64,000 nucleotides of DNA from the NCBI GenBank assembly GCA_026914245.1, contig CP110439.1, positions 4,712,001 through 4,776,000 of the forward strand. Direction: 5' to 3'. The position numbers and the translations under genes are program-made. Below are positions 1 to 12,730 of the stretch, one piece after another; within the stretch, counting starts at the first letter, position 1, and each line of letters begins with the position of its first letter. Origin of the DNA: Puccinia triticina. Taxonomy: Eukaryota. The notes under the pieces are model-generated. The model was given only the letters and a program-made list of their open reading frames with translations. It did no database searches and had not been told where the DNA came from.

Positions 1-10
1 CCCAGCCAGC

Positions 11-2503
11 ATGCACATTAAGTGCTTCTGTCATAAGCTCGCTTTGATCGTGAATGCCGGCTTGTATTTGTTGTTGCTTAAAACTTTGCCTCCTGGGAAG
101 GCTAAGGAATCAGTCCTTGGATTCTTCCCTGTCTTCAGAAAGGTACTTGAGGAGGATGAAACTGAATTAGCCAATGGAGCTCCTGAAGTCAAACTAGCCC
201 CCGGTCCAAAGACAAACCCAGCTGAATTGGAAGAAAATGATGAGGAAAAATGGCAAAGCAACTACGGCAATGCCAACAATATTTCCAACAATGATTCTGC
301 TTCTTCTGTCAATAAGAATCAAGGCGTAACCACTGGCACCACTAACATTGTGAAAACAGCTATCCAAGGCGAGCATTCTAAGACAACAAAGCTCCAAGAA
401 CGCATCTCAAAGCTTGATGTTGTGATCAAGCAGATAACTCAATCAGCCGCCCGGCGCGCCAACTTTGAAAGAGTGGCTGAAGAAATGAATGTCAAGGTCT
501 CCCCGTTGATTGCCGGCTACGGCATCCGCTGGAACATCAAGTACCAGAGCCACCGGAAATTCATTGAAGCGCCGGAAGTTATTGATTGCTTGCTTAAGGA
601 AGACCAGGGCTGTCAGCCTTAGAGTCAACTCAGCTGACCTAAAGTCTGCCTTTATATACTTTTTACATATGAATTACTTCATATCTTTTTCATCTCAAGA
701 GATAACCTTGTTTTGACTTCATATTCTGTTTCCTCATTCAATTTTAACCCTAGTTACAACTTACCAATTCTTTGTAACCATACTCCTTCTCTGAGTTATC
801 ATGCGCAGTTGTGACGTGTCAGCGCTACCAGGCGCGCCAAACCACATGTACATATGTAAATTACATAAGCAAACTGTGAAAATTTTTGCAGTCAGGATCC
901 CCCTTGCCTGAGGCGGATCTCCAGACTTCAGCACACCAGAACCACACCCCAGATAACCCCAGGATCACCACCAAAGAGTTTACAACACTCCCAGTATACC
1001 TACCGTCACAGGCGCCTAGGATATTGACAGTGAGTAACCTCTTTAACTGAACCTTGTTTATCTCAGAGGTAAAACTCTGTGTCTTGCTTGATCTGCTCTT
1101 TTCTGCTGGCCTTTGCCTCATTCTTGATCACAGGGCTGTCCCTCCTTAACTGCATTCTTTTTCTGTGGTTTTTGTAAGAAACAAACCACATAGGTTTCCC
1201 TTTAAAGAAGCTTGACTATCCAGAAGGAAGCTAAAAAATTGTGACTGGATTAAACTTATCTAATCCAGGATCCCTCCACGTTTCTTTGGTGAGAGGAGGC
1301 TGTAGCACTCTCTAGCACAGCTTGGCAGCACTCTTCTGAAGAGTTAGCATTGCCAGTGGATGTGCATTCCCACCAGAATAACCTTGAATATCTGCTTATC
1401 TTGATCCTGCTCAGTTTCTCTCTCTCTTTCTCTCTCTATTTTATATTTGTATTTTCTTTATCCAAAGAAATCCAAATATTTCCCCCCCTTCTTTCTTGTG
1501 TCCTGTTGTCACTATAGAGACTCAGGCTCACAAGGGCCCAAACCAGCTGGGGCATTTTGACAATGTTTTATTCAAACCTCGTGACTGGAAGAAGATTGAT
1601 AATCTCAACCGCGATCTTGAGGTGTGTACACTGCTCCTTTAATCACATGATTGGTCCTTTTTAACACATGTATCTGGTTTTTTTTTTACCTAGTTTTTTG
1701 TTAAACTTACATCTCATATGGAGGGAAACCAGTCAACCGGTGCCCATGTACTCCCAAAGTACTGGGAGCTCAAAGACCAGTTTTCCACAAAGCTGGGTCG
1801 CGCCAACAAGGAGGATACTTTGTATCCAATGTATCATGCAATGCTCCAAATGGTGCTTAAGTATTTGGACAAAGCCATTGCCTGCGAGACCCTGGTGCTC
1901 GCCAAAATCTTACATCCATGCTTCAGAATGCACATATTTGAGCTCGGGTTTGGAACCGAGAGCATTGAGGTCACCAACTGTCTCAATCTGCTCAATCAAC
2001 ACTTCCAAAGCTACAAGGAGAAGCACAAAGCCAACACTCAGCCTGCTGTGCTGGAATCGGAAGTCATGGAGATCAAGAGGCCACCTACCGCCGAGCCCCA
2101 GTCAATCATGGAGCCCCTTGCTTTGAGGATGGCGAAGACACCAGCCACGCACAAAGATGAAGTTGAGGCGTTTTTGAAGGCCAACATATCGTTCAAGAAC
2201 AATGCCATCAACAAAAAATCCACGCCATTACAGTGGTGGAAGACAAACTCAGACACCTATCCGGCTCTCTCTCAGATGGCCCGAGCTTATTTGGGGGAAT
2301 CTGGGAGTTCGTGTGCCGTTAAACGCCTATTCTTGGCTTCCACAGACGTGTGTACTAGCAACCGGGGCAGTTTACTCCCATCAACCATGTCACACTGCGT
2401 AAGCAGCATGATGTGGCTTCAGGAGGGGGTGCCTCTCATGGGAGAGTTTGAGGAGGCGGGGATGGCTTTGAAAGCATTAGTGCCCTCCCCCAAAGAAATT
2501 TAG
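11..2503 (+). pseudogene. hAT-family transposase, 5' part outside the window, interrupted by a solo LTR
   Basis: Motifs CFCHKLAL (CxxH), IRWN, PLQWWK and SSCAVKRLF (C-terminal dimerisation region, with K where the catalytic E is expected). Removing LTR 611-1532 plus one TSD restores the frame (LKEDQG|PNQLGHFDNVLFKPRDWKKIDNLNRDLE). GT-AG intron 1622-1693 joins in frame to FFVKLTSHMEG of ORF 1718-2503. Confidence 0.85.
611..1532 (+). mobile_element. Solo LTR of the Ty3/gypsy family seen at 40966-50513
   Basis: TGTCAGCC...GGCTCACA termini; 5-bp TSD AGGGC at 606-610 and 1533-1537; homologous to 53052-54067 and to the LTRs of the full element. Confidence 0.95.
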
Positions 2504-2589
2504 TTCCTTTTCTGTCTTTCTTTCTCAAATTCCAGGCTTCTTCTTGTAGCCAAACATTGCATCATCCGTAAAAAAATCACAATGGGCTG

Positions 2590-2786
2590 CGCAATAACGT
2601 AACAAGATTTTCGAATTATTTGCTGCCTCTCATGGATAAAGTAACAAGTGGTGCAAAGAAAAGTGAGAAAAAATTGTTACAGTAACTATTAATGTGTTAC
2701 GGATAACGGCAGCGTAACTAAAAAAATTCTGTTACGTTACCGTTACGTTACTGTTATCCGTAACGTAACTACCCTGCGCTGCCCTG
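2590..2786 (+). repeat. Probable right end of the hAT element (subterminal GTTAC/GTAAC motifs, terminus CCCTGCGCTGCCCTG)
   Basis: Dense GTTAC/GTAAC repeats just after the transposase stop, ending in ...CCCTG (a CAGGG-type TIR). The left end is not in the window. Confidence 0.55.
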
Positions 2787-3829
2787 GAAGATTTGGAAGT
2801 TCCTCAGCTTTAGTCTATAGTGCACAATGCACTAGACTGAGGAGCAGAAAACTGCTGTCTGAGGTGCACAGACAAAGTCTGACCAAGCCCTGAGGCAAAT
2901 GCTCAGCTGGGTAGCTAGGCACACCAGCTCATAGGCATACACCCTTGGTGCCCAGGAGGATTCCCTCCATGTAGGCAAGAGCACGCGCCCATGTCTACTA
3001 AGAAGATTCCCTCCCAAGCGGCAAGGTCATACAAATGCTGTGGAACTCCAACCGGTGCTGGGCCGTCGGCAGTTACTGGAAGGGAAAAGTGCACTGTGCG
3101 CTGCCTTTGCGGTGATCCGGAAAAGAGCCTTGAGGATTCGAAAAGTAGCTTTGATAGGGGGGGATTTGTATTGAGAGGCGACGAGGGTTAGATCCTTGTT
3201 GGCGGTGGTTTGTTTGAAAAATATCGGAAGGAAGCTTGCGAGAGGGCCGGAAGTTGTGATCAGGGAAAAGGTTTCGCGACTCGGGACTCGGCGGTTGAGA
3301 GCTTGTAACTCAGAAGACACGCGGGTAAGTGATCGATAAGATTCTTGATATGTATTTGCTGGGATTCGGGGTTTGATGGATGATCTGAGATGAAAAATAT
3401 GGTTCAGACAAAGTCCATGCCGCTCCAAAGCCTGTGTTCAGGCTGAACTCAAACCTTGGAGTTGGTGACATCTGTGGACAGGTCATCATACACCCGTGCG
3501 CACAAGCGCGCAACAACAACAAGGAAAGCGGAAAAAAAGAAACAAACAAAACCAACCCTTCACATAACTAAACCTCTCCAACGCGCGCATTTAGAAATAA
3601 AGGAACATAAGACAGAAAAAACAGAAAAAGAAACAAAACAAGCACAAAAGAAACCGGGGTCCTTGATGATTCCGCTGCGCGCGAAGCGTGCTGATTGATC
3701 TTGACGTCCCATGAGTTGATGTCTTGATGACTGAAAACTTGAGAAATCCTCTGCGCCACGGGCGCCACAAAAATGATCACCACAACGTGCACATGGTGAC
3801 CAGCCTTTGTCAATTGGGCTCTTGGTCAA

Positions 3830-4400
3830 CAGCATAGTACAATAGTCAATTGGGAGGAATCCCTCCCAGTCAACACCATACACCACAGTGTTTACTGGGA
3901 GGAATCCCTCTTGGTTGACAGCATAGTACAACAGTCCATTGGGAGGAATCCCTCCCGTTCAACACCATACACCACAGTGTTGACCGGGAGGAATCCCTCT
4001 TGGTTGACAGCATAGTACAATAGTCAACCAGGAGGGATTCCTCCAAATATTTGGTTGTGTTGTGTTGTTGACTGGTAGAGATTCCTCCTGTTTGATGGCT
4101 CTGTTATGTTACCGACCGGGAGGGATTCCTCCTGTTTGATGGCTCTGTTATGTCACCGACCGGGAGGGATTCCTCCTGTTTGATGGCTCTGTTATGTCAC
4201 CGACCGGGAGGGATTCCTCCCAATTTTTGGTTGTGTTGTGTTGTCAACTGGTATAGATTCCTCCCGATTGATGGCTCTTTTGTTTTGCCAACCGGCAGGG
4301 ATTACTCTTGGTCAATGGTTGTATTGGGTTGACCGACAGGGTTGTGATATCTTGTGCAACAGTTACATTGTGTTGTTGACTGGGAGAGTTGTCCTGGTTG
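3830..4400. repeat. Degenerate tandem array of GGGAGGAATCCCTCC hairpin units; orientation switches near 4030
   Basis: Repeated near-palindromic cores with similar spacers; related motif at 6080-6660 and 10340-10475. Confidence 0.7.
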
Positions 4401-4410
4401 ACAGAGTTGC

Positions 4411-5374
4411 TGTGGTAGATGGAAAAGTGAAAAATCAAAAGTTTTTTCTCATACATATATTTACTCACACTAGGCCTCAAGATACCACCAAATGGACCTC
4501 AGAAATGGATTCTACGGCCAATTTTACCCCTAGTCACCACTGGAAGCATCACTGGAACCCCGCTGGATTGGAAGTTACACCCTCTTGGACCCTCATGGAC
4601 ACGGCCAGCCCCAGTCATCAACCTGTCACACCCCTCAAGTCACCTTTCCCAAGTATACACAAACTCAGCCCCAGCCAAACACATACTCTTTTCTATCCCT
4701 CTTATCTCCACTGCATATGCAGGGGACCAACACCATTTCTTCTGTATTTGACATGTCCCGCTTCACTTATGCACCCCTTGCAGCTGCATGCAGTCTTCTG
4801 ACCCCATTTCTGCACTCCTTGCATTAGTCTGACACCACTCATGCACCCCTTGCATGACATAACACTGTATTTTACATTTCCCCGCTTTGTTTATGCGCTC
4901 CTTGCATTAGTATGACATCATCTTTCATTTCTCACCTCACTTTTTGCCTGTATTTAGTATCTTCTGACACCACTTGTACGCATCCCACCAGCTAAAATCC
5001 CTCATCCAGGGTCCCCCTTGTAGCTAAAATCCCTCACATTTGTTTATATAAGGAGCTCTCTCCCCCCCAGTTGTTTTTCCCTCAGCTCAGTATTCCCCAG
5101 TTATTTACATACCACCTTCACACTCACCATCACATCTATACCTCACCACAACCCTCATATTTGCAAATAGCCACTGGAATCACTCTCAACTCTCTCATAC
5201 CTGTCATTGAACCACTTCATTTGGAACTAGACCAGACCTATCACTTGATTAAAACTTGCCAAGCTTAGCTTGGTGGGTCTTGTCATCTGATAGTATAGAA
5301 GGGCAGAGTTTGCACCTCCATAATCCCCTTCTCCATTCAGCAAAAGGGTTTCAAAACTGCTTTTGATTCTTACA
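4411..5374 (+). mobile_element. Probable solo LTR (second family)
   Basis: TGTGGTA...TTACA termini flanked by TTGC on both sides; TATATAAGG box; AGCTAAAATCCCTCA motifs; 3' end homologous to the minus-strand LTR 11456-14567. Confidence 0.6.
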
Positions 5375-6267
5375 TTGCATGTAGCTGTTCACCGGATTCC
5401 TCCTTGTCAACATGAGTGCCCTTTCATCTAGCCTTGTCAACCCCGCCTAGGATGGGAGGGATTACCCCTAGTCAACATGGGCACATATTCTGGTTGATCC
5501 GGTGGAATTCCTCCCAAGGGCTGCCCAACAAGGGCTTGTATTATGTGTATGGAAATATATCCCCTTGTTGATGACCAATGAGCACCAGTACGTCTCAGGA
5601 TCTTGGGGCATGCAAATACTGAGCTACAATGCTGAGCTAGCTGAGCTGCCCTGTGATTAATCACAGAATGAACGTGGATGTCCTGGAAGTCTCAGGATTG
5701 CGCATGTCAACTGACAGCGCTTTTTTGATTTTTTTTCACAGTGAAGGCTATGGAAGGTGGATTGGTTACATAGCAACTCATGACATCAGGCAGTGCAATA
5801 TATGCAGGCAGATAAAGTGTACAAAGAGTGTCACTGCAGCATAATTCCCTTGTTAGTCGTGTGGCTGTGCTAAAGATGGAATGTGGGTACCCGTTGGCAG
5901 GTACCCGGTACCCGCCAGCAGGTACTCATTGCTCTAGTGGTGGGTACCCGCTCCATGTGTACCAAGTACGGGTCCAGGTGCCTTTTTTTTCAACATTTTC
6001 AGGCGGGTACCCGGGTACCAGGGTTTTATACCTGCCTGTATCATATTGTTAGTACTTGAGATATCCCCGGCTGCGGCTCCACCAGCTGGCCAAAGGGATT
6101 CATCTTGGTGAGCTGGTGTATCTGTACCATGAGCCCGCCAAGAGGGATCCCTCCGGGTGAGCTGGCACATTTATACCTGCTCTCCAAGAGGAATTACATA
6201 TACCTTCCCACCAAGAGGAATCCCTCTTGGCGAGCTAGTGCATGTACCTGCTCGCCAACAGGGGTTC

Positions 6268-6450
6268 TGTTGAAATTACTCAGGTGAAAAGAATTGTGTG
6301 TTGTGGGATTTGAACCCACGACCTTCTACATTCATGAGAGCTGCTCTTATACCACTGAGCTAAACACACAGTTGGTCTTACTGGTGATATTTGGATATGA
6401 GATCATATAGCTTGGCCCCTCAACTGGAGCTGGAAGCATATATTCCAACA
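6268..6450 (-). mobile_element. Solo LTR (183 bp) of the tRNA-containing TRIM
   Basis: TGTTG...CAACA termini; 5-bp TSD GGTTC at 6263-6267 and 6451-6455; matches both LTRs of 11523-13592 once their insertions are removed. Confidence 0.93.
6295..6369 (-). pseudogene. tRNA-derived sequence (Pol III A and B boxes) inside the LTR
   Basis: Minus strand reads GTGTGTT TA GCTC AGTGGTATAA GAGC ... GTGGG TTCAAAT CCCAC AACACAC. Acceptor, D and T stems pair perfectly; the anticodon stem does not (CTCATGA, Met-like); TTCTTTT follows. Confidence 0.85.
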
Positions 6451-6677
6451 GGTTCCTCGGGGCGTCGGCAAGCTGGTATTTGTATGGAAACCTGCTTGCC
6501 AAGAGGGATTCCTCTTGGCGAGCTGGCATACATTACCAGCTTGCCAAGAGGAATCCCTCTTGGCGAGCTGGTGTGTGCGTACCAGCCCGCCAAGAGGGAT
6601 CCCTCTGGCTGTTGGCAAGCTGGTATATGTATACTTTCCACCAAGGGAAATCCCCTCTCTGCGGCATGTATATATTC

Positions 6678-9600
6678 TAAAGATGGCAATCGGGACCCGG
6701 GTACCCGCCACGGGTACCCGTACCGCCGACCTTTTTTGGCCAAAATAGATACCCGTACCCGTAATCGTACCTGTGGACGGGTGTCGGCGGTACTTTGGCG
6801 GTGTACCCGCGGGTATACCGCCTAGACTTGCCACAAAAATAACTCAAATATATGTTTATTGCTCTCGTCTGATCCCTTCTAATCCACAACTAATACTTTT
6901 TTTTTCCCTTGTCCTTCGAACTTCCCTTCTCCTTAGCATTTGACCTTTTCTCCTGCTGAATTTGAGCCTTCCATTTAGCCAGGAGGCCATCCTCAATCAA
7001 TCCATTCCTCGAGTAGAAGGCCACCGTCATGCCCCTGCTCAATGATCGCGCTGAGAGCCGGTGCCTCTTTGCCGACACATAATCGCGGCCAAAACTGAAA
7101 GCCCTTTCAACATCAACCGATGTAGCTGACATATCAGACCGTCAGTGCATGTATCAATGAAGGACACAAAGAAACCAACTCACCTGGACAACTCAAGATA
7201 TCGAGTGCCATCTGCATGAGACCCCCATGAGTGTTTCCAGATCGCTTTTGGTTCATCCACCACTTGAGTGGATTTACGGGTTCGTCGCCTTCCAATACTA
7301 GCCCGCCTGCGAGCCACACGTCCAATGCATCTGTTGAGCAGCGTCCACCTCGGGCAGCAGAAGCACTTCCAAAGCCAGCCAACATACCAGTCTTGGGCTG
7401 AGGGACACGAACTCAAGTGGATTAGCATGTAGAAAAAATTGTTCTATGAATAAATAGAAATCAAGTCTTACCTTGTTGTTAGATGATGATGAGGGGGTCA
7501 TTGGGATGACTGCAGGCTTGTAAAAAGATACCCACATCTCCCGGGTTAGCCGTATCGCTTCGACGATCCACTCGGGTTCCCAATTTGCTAACTTGAAGTA
7601 TTCATCCCTAAAAGATGGGTGGAGGACTGAATCATGTGTGTTAGTGACAAGGAAGTGATATTTATCAATATGAAAGCAAGAAATTAAACTTACCAATAGC
7701 TATCCTATAAAGAGGGGAAGTGTCAGTAAGGCTGTAGTATTTGTTGGTCACCTTTAATCCAAGCCGACAGGCATTCCTTAACGCCGGTGGATAAGCTGAA
7801 CTGCTGATCACTGACGACAAATGCTCAGTGATTTGATCAATGAAGACAACGATATTTGATAATTGAGGTGAGGCAGAGACCGATATTTGAAGTGTGATCT
7901 CATTGAAGAGCTTCAGTACATCAACGAGATCGCGCGCCAAGTCGAAATCGGACTCGTCCAAGTAGTGCTTACGGTCGATTCCGTGCCACTTATGACGTTG
8001 CCACTCAACGCTTGAGTGAAGCAAAGAAAATACATATCAGCATAGGGATACGAGTAATAAAATCAGCTGAAATAAGAATGACTTACATGCCATCCTTGCA
8101 TCTGATGATGCTGGAGAGTTGCGTATAGGTGGAATTCCATCGCGTACAAACGTCTCTTCCAACCGTATGAGGGGTGGAACACTCCTTTTCGCTACATATT
8201 TCTTTGAACAAGTTCCTCGAGTTGGGGGAGTACCTAAGTTTTTTAGCAATTGCACGGAACTGGTAGGGAGAAAGGCATCAGTCAGACTTGCTTGAAAGGA
8301 AATAAGCAGGAAGCTATCTTACTTTAGCCAAGCTTTGTTTACAGCCACTTGTGGTGTATCGATCCTCTTCGTCCTCGTCGCTAGCGTTATCAATATCATC
8401 CAGCTTGAGCATTGTAGAGTCCTCAACAAGTTGAGTATCATCCTTGCTTGCGGTAGATTCTCCATCTTCGGAAACAATATCTTTCTCGATGTCAAGACTT
8501 GAATGTGAAAAACAGGCCGGTCAGTCTCTTGACATGAAACAAATAAGATTCCCGTTTGGACTCACGGTATTATTTGGTCAGCTGCAATGTCGTTGTCGCT
8601 CTCTGAATCTGAATTGTCTGAATGATCCCGATCCGATGTAGTTTGGGTATTTGAAGTCCTTGCTCTCTTGTGATTTCCAAATGGTTGGAGGATACCTTGG
8701 ACAATTAGATTGAGAACGTGCGCGAAACATCGTATCCACTCGGACTCCCCTTTAAAACGAGCCCACTTCTGCTTCTTGAGCTCCCTTACCATAACTCCAT
8801 TGTTGGCCGCGCTGTCGCTGACAATGCCACAGATCTGGGTAAAAATGTAGTTGATGAGCTGGTTGAACAATAAGAAAAAGTTGAAGAAAGAGAACCAAGA
8901 TCGAAGATACAATACCTTATGCTGAATACCAAACTTCTGCACTACCAAGCTGACAGTCTCAGCTAAGTACTCACCGGTGTGCCGATGGGAGAGTCAAATG
9001 AAATCAAGAGGCATTGCCTCCAGCTTCAAGTCATCGGATTCGAGCTCATGCAATCGGTAGATTACAATCCCGAGAATGTCAAAGCCTTTAGGTGACTGCC
9101 ACGTGTCGACTCCTAAGTACAACGCCCCTGTGTGTGACTAAATAACAAAAAGAAATTGTTATTTGGGTGATATGATCTGAGGAAATGAAATCACTTACTT
9201 CGAGAACAGCCTTGTACTCTTGCTGGATAGCCGAGTACAGCATATGGATATCCCTCGAAACCGTCCTTCTGGTTGGTAAATGAGCAACAACGACTGGATG
9301 GAGGATGGCCCAATGGCTATCATCAGCAAGCGCCGAAAAGGGCCTTGCGGCCTCGGCGCACCAGGTTGTACACAATTGTGAAACCTAAATAAGAACAGAA
9401 AAAAAGATAAATATTAGCTGTGCAGCTTGTCGTTGAAAATTAGAAGGCTCACTTCTTTGGGATTGATATCCCCCGTCCCCTTGATTCCAACACTCGCAAG
9501 CGACCGGGTGGTTGATTTTTCGTTTTGTTTCCGAAGACAGTTTGCAGCGTGCTTGATCAAGTTGCTGCAAGAAGAGTCGCCGGTGGGGCGGTTGATCTTG

Positions 9601-10325
9601 GTTCCACATCTGGAGTTGGATTTAAGGGGATATCAGGGAGGAGTTGGGATCAGTCATCAAAAAAAGAAAACGACTTACATTTTGCATGGATATGCAATCA
9701 TTTGGCGGCCATGCTTGTCTACTTGATTAGATAGCTCGGGTGTCGAGTAAGATTTATAACTTGCGCTGATGGCGTTTGCAGCGATCTTCTGGGCCTTTTC
9801 TGAAATTCAAGTAAAAGGTAGGGTCAGAACGCAATTTCTTGATTGATACAATAATATTTTATGATTACTCACCTAGCTCCTCCCGATCGGTCAGTGTAGT
9901 TCCTGGTGCAGGCTCTGCGGTAGCCGATTCGCTTTCGTCGGGCTCGGTGTCTTTTTGAGTAGATCGAGGATTTGGAGAGGAAGCAACCAACGATTCAATT
10001 GAGGTGTTTGGTTTTTTTCGCTTGCGGCCTGACATGGTGGTTGATTCCGGGTGGTTGGTTCCGGGTGAGATGCTGGATATGCAGATATCATGGCGGGCTT
10101 GGATATGAAGTACAAGCCCCCCCCCCCCCCCCCTCCCTCTACGGGGGCGGGGAACGGCCGCCGGCGCGCGCCATGCGCAACAAAACTTTGGAGGGTACCC
10201 GGGTACATACCTGCCAACCCAAGAAAATCAGGGACACGTACCCGTACCCGGACACTCCAGGCGGTCCCAAACGGGTGTGGGCGGGTACCCTCCAACGGGT
10301 GGGGGGTACCCGTTTGCCATCTTTA
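6678..10325 (-). mobile_element. Full-length hAT DNA transposon
   Basis: TIRs TAAAGATGGCAA...TTGCCATCTTTA; perfect 8-bp TSD ATATATTC at 6670-6677 and 10326-10333; internal transposase. Confidence 0.95.
6890..10035 (-). pseudogene. Multi-intron hAT transposase (BED finger, DDE, dimerisation domain) with a premature stop
   Basis: Probable start CCACCATG at 10035 (MSGRKRKK). Motifs CGTKIN..NLIKHAANC, GVDTWQSP, SDSAANN, CFAHVLNL, TRWNS, LKWW and ATSVDVERAFS are spread over GT-AG exons. In-frame TGA at 8994-8996. Confidence 0.9.
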
Positions 10326-10884
10326 ATATATTCATATTTCAGCTCGCCAAGAGGGATCCCTCTTGGCGAGCAGGTATACACATACCAGCTTGCTGAGGCC
10401 CAAGAGGAATCCCTCTTGGCAAGCAGGTGTACAAAAACAAGCTTGCTGAGGCCCAAGAGGGATCCCTCTTGGCAAAATACATACCTGAAAAAAAAAAAAA
10501 AAAAAAAAGAGCAGAAAGTACCTGTGGTACCCGCCCCTGCGTGTCAGGGTACGTGTCCGGGTATCAAGACATGGCCAAGAAAGGAGCAGGTACCCCTACC
10601 CGTTGCGGGTACCCGGGTCTACATTGCCATCTTTAGGCTATGCAGTACAGGTGTACATATGCTGTGCAACTGAGATCCCCTGCAGCTAAATTCCCTCACA
10701 CAAATTCCCCTGGAGCTAAAATCCCTCACTCTTCAATATAAAAGGAGCTCTTCTTCCCCCCATAATTTCTCTTTTTCACCATCAACCTATAGAGGTCTGG
10801 TCACATATGGTAGTTTAGCAGTAGTAGTCTTGAGTAGTGTAGAGTCAGTCAGTCAGTAGAGTGTTAGTGCAGTAGTAGAACCCA

Positions 10885-10985
10885 CAATAAACAACCAAAC
10901 AACCAACAACCAACCAACAACCAACCAACCAACCAACAACAAACCAACAACCAACAAACAAAAAACCAACCCACCAGCAAACCAT
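10885..10985 (+). repeat. (CAAC/CAAA)n microsatellite within an LTR-like segment (about 10660-11330)
   Basis: Direct reading. The surrounding region has the same AGCTAAAATCCCTCA and TATAAAAGGAGCTC motifs as 4411-5374. Confidence 0.7.
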
Positions 10986-11613
10986 TCTCCTTATTAGCAT
11001 AGCAGTAGTAGCAGAAGTAGTAGAAGTAGCCGTACAAATTATAACATCAACAAAAGTAGAAGAACTTACCATAACAACCATGTTATCCATAGTTATAAAC
11101 GGTCTGAAAACGCATTGAGTTAGATATTTAGGTCTGATAGAGATTAATATATAAAACTAAGAGCTATCTTGGAATCTGCCACATTTTTCCTAAATATTGA
11201 TTACAATACCCTTGGTTATTTGCATAGTACTATTAGAGGGGCAGGTCTTTCAAACCACCCGTAAATTGTAATAGCCTTTCAACCTATCATACAGTTTATT
11301 TCCCCCTCAAAGGAACTTTGATTACCCATCCATCCCTGGATTCCTGCACCGGTCATTGAAAGGATACCACCCTCTTGATGAATGGAACAGACCGGTTACC
11401 AAGAGGGCATCAAGGGCCATATACCCTCCCAATGGCCGTCTATTCTGGTCATCATTGTAAAGCTCAAAAGTGTTCCTGAGAACCTTTTGCTGAGTGCAAA
11501 AAGGGATGTATGAGGGAACCTCTGTTGAAATTACTCAGGTGAAAAGAATTGTGTCTTGTGGGATTTGAACCCACAACCTTCTACATTCATGAGAGCTGCT
11601 CTTATACCACTGA

Positions 11614-11948
11614 CACCGCATGCAAACAGGTGATGATTTGAAATAATCGGCATCATGGGGATTGTCGTGGGGGGTTGATTACAAATTGGTGACACCCGCG
11701 CAACATACCAAAATAAAATTGTCTTGCGGCAATATGAGGGGACAACTGGGCTGACGCTGCGGGTCTCATTTGCCCTATAAATCAACGGCGCGCAACATGC
11801 CAGCTGTTGCTGTGCCCGGGCCAGCTGAAGATCTGCTTGTGTCATGTTGATTGAGCTGTCGCGCGGGTGTCACCAACCCGCAATTGAGCCGGCGCGCAAA
11901 TCCCCATGATGACAATTGCTCAAAATTTTCACCTGTTTGCATCTGATG
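11614..11948. mobile_element. 335-bp MITE in the 3' LTR of the TRIM
   Basis: TIR CACCGCATGCAAACAGGTGA; TGA duplicated at 11611-11613 and 11949-11951; empty site at 6356-6358. Confidence 0.9.
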
Positions 11949-12325
11949 TGATCTAATTACTGGTGATATTTGGATATTAGATCATATAGCTTGGCCCCTA
12001 AAACGGAGCTTGAAGCATATATTCCAACACACCCCCTTGCTTCATGCACCATGAACAAACTATGAATATTGCATATGCAAATCATGTATGTTTGTCATGC
12101 ATCATAGATAATGATTAATGAATAACAATTATGAAATTGAATATTGCATATGCATATAAAAGCATGAATATCAATTATTCACAGGGTTTAGCCACCTTTA
12201 ATTCAATTCACTGAGAGCATCCGTACTGTTGATGTGTTGAAATTACTCAGGTGAAAAGAATTGTGTGTTGTGGGATTTGAACCCACAACCTTCTACATTC
12301 ATGAGAGCTGCTCTTATACCACTGA

Positions 12326-12660
12326 CACCGGATGCAAACAGGTGACAATTTCAAGCAATTGTCATCATGGGGATTTGCGCGCCGGCTCAATTGCGGGTTG
12401 GTGACACCCGCGCAACAGCTCAATCAACATGAAACAAGCAGATTTTCAGCTGGCCCCGGCACAGCGACAGCTGGCATGTTGTGCGCCGTTGATTTATAGG
12501 GCAAATGAGACCCGCAGTGTCAGCCCCATTGTCCCCTCATATTCCCCACAAGACGATTTTATTTTTGCATGTTGCGCAGGTGTCACCAATTTGGAATCAA
12601 CCCCCGCGACAATTCCCATGATGACAATTATTTCAAATTGTCACCTGTTTGCATGCGGTG
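12326..12660. mobile_element. 335-bp MITE in the 5' LTR of the TRIM, reverse orientation to 11614-11948
   Basis: TIRs CACCGGATGCAAACAGGTGA / TCACCTGTTTGCATGCGGTG; TGA duplicated at 12323-12325 and 12661-12663. Confidence 0.92.
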
Positions 12661-12730
12661 TGAGCTAAACACACAGTTGGTCTTACTGGTGATATTTGGA
12701 AATTAGATCATATAGCTTGGCCCCTCAAAT

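Larger units (their letters stand above)
5871..10635. mobile_element. Non-autonomous hAT element hosting nested insertions
   Basis: TIRs TAAAGATGG...CCATCTTTA; 8-bp TSD GGCTGTGC/GGCTATGC (1 mismatch); CGGGTACCCG-rich subtermini. Confidence 0.8.

Noticed and set aside
6295..6369. Functional tRNA-Met gene
   Set aside because: The anticodon stem cannot pair and the sequence is an integral part of an LTR.
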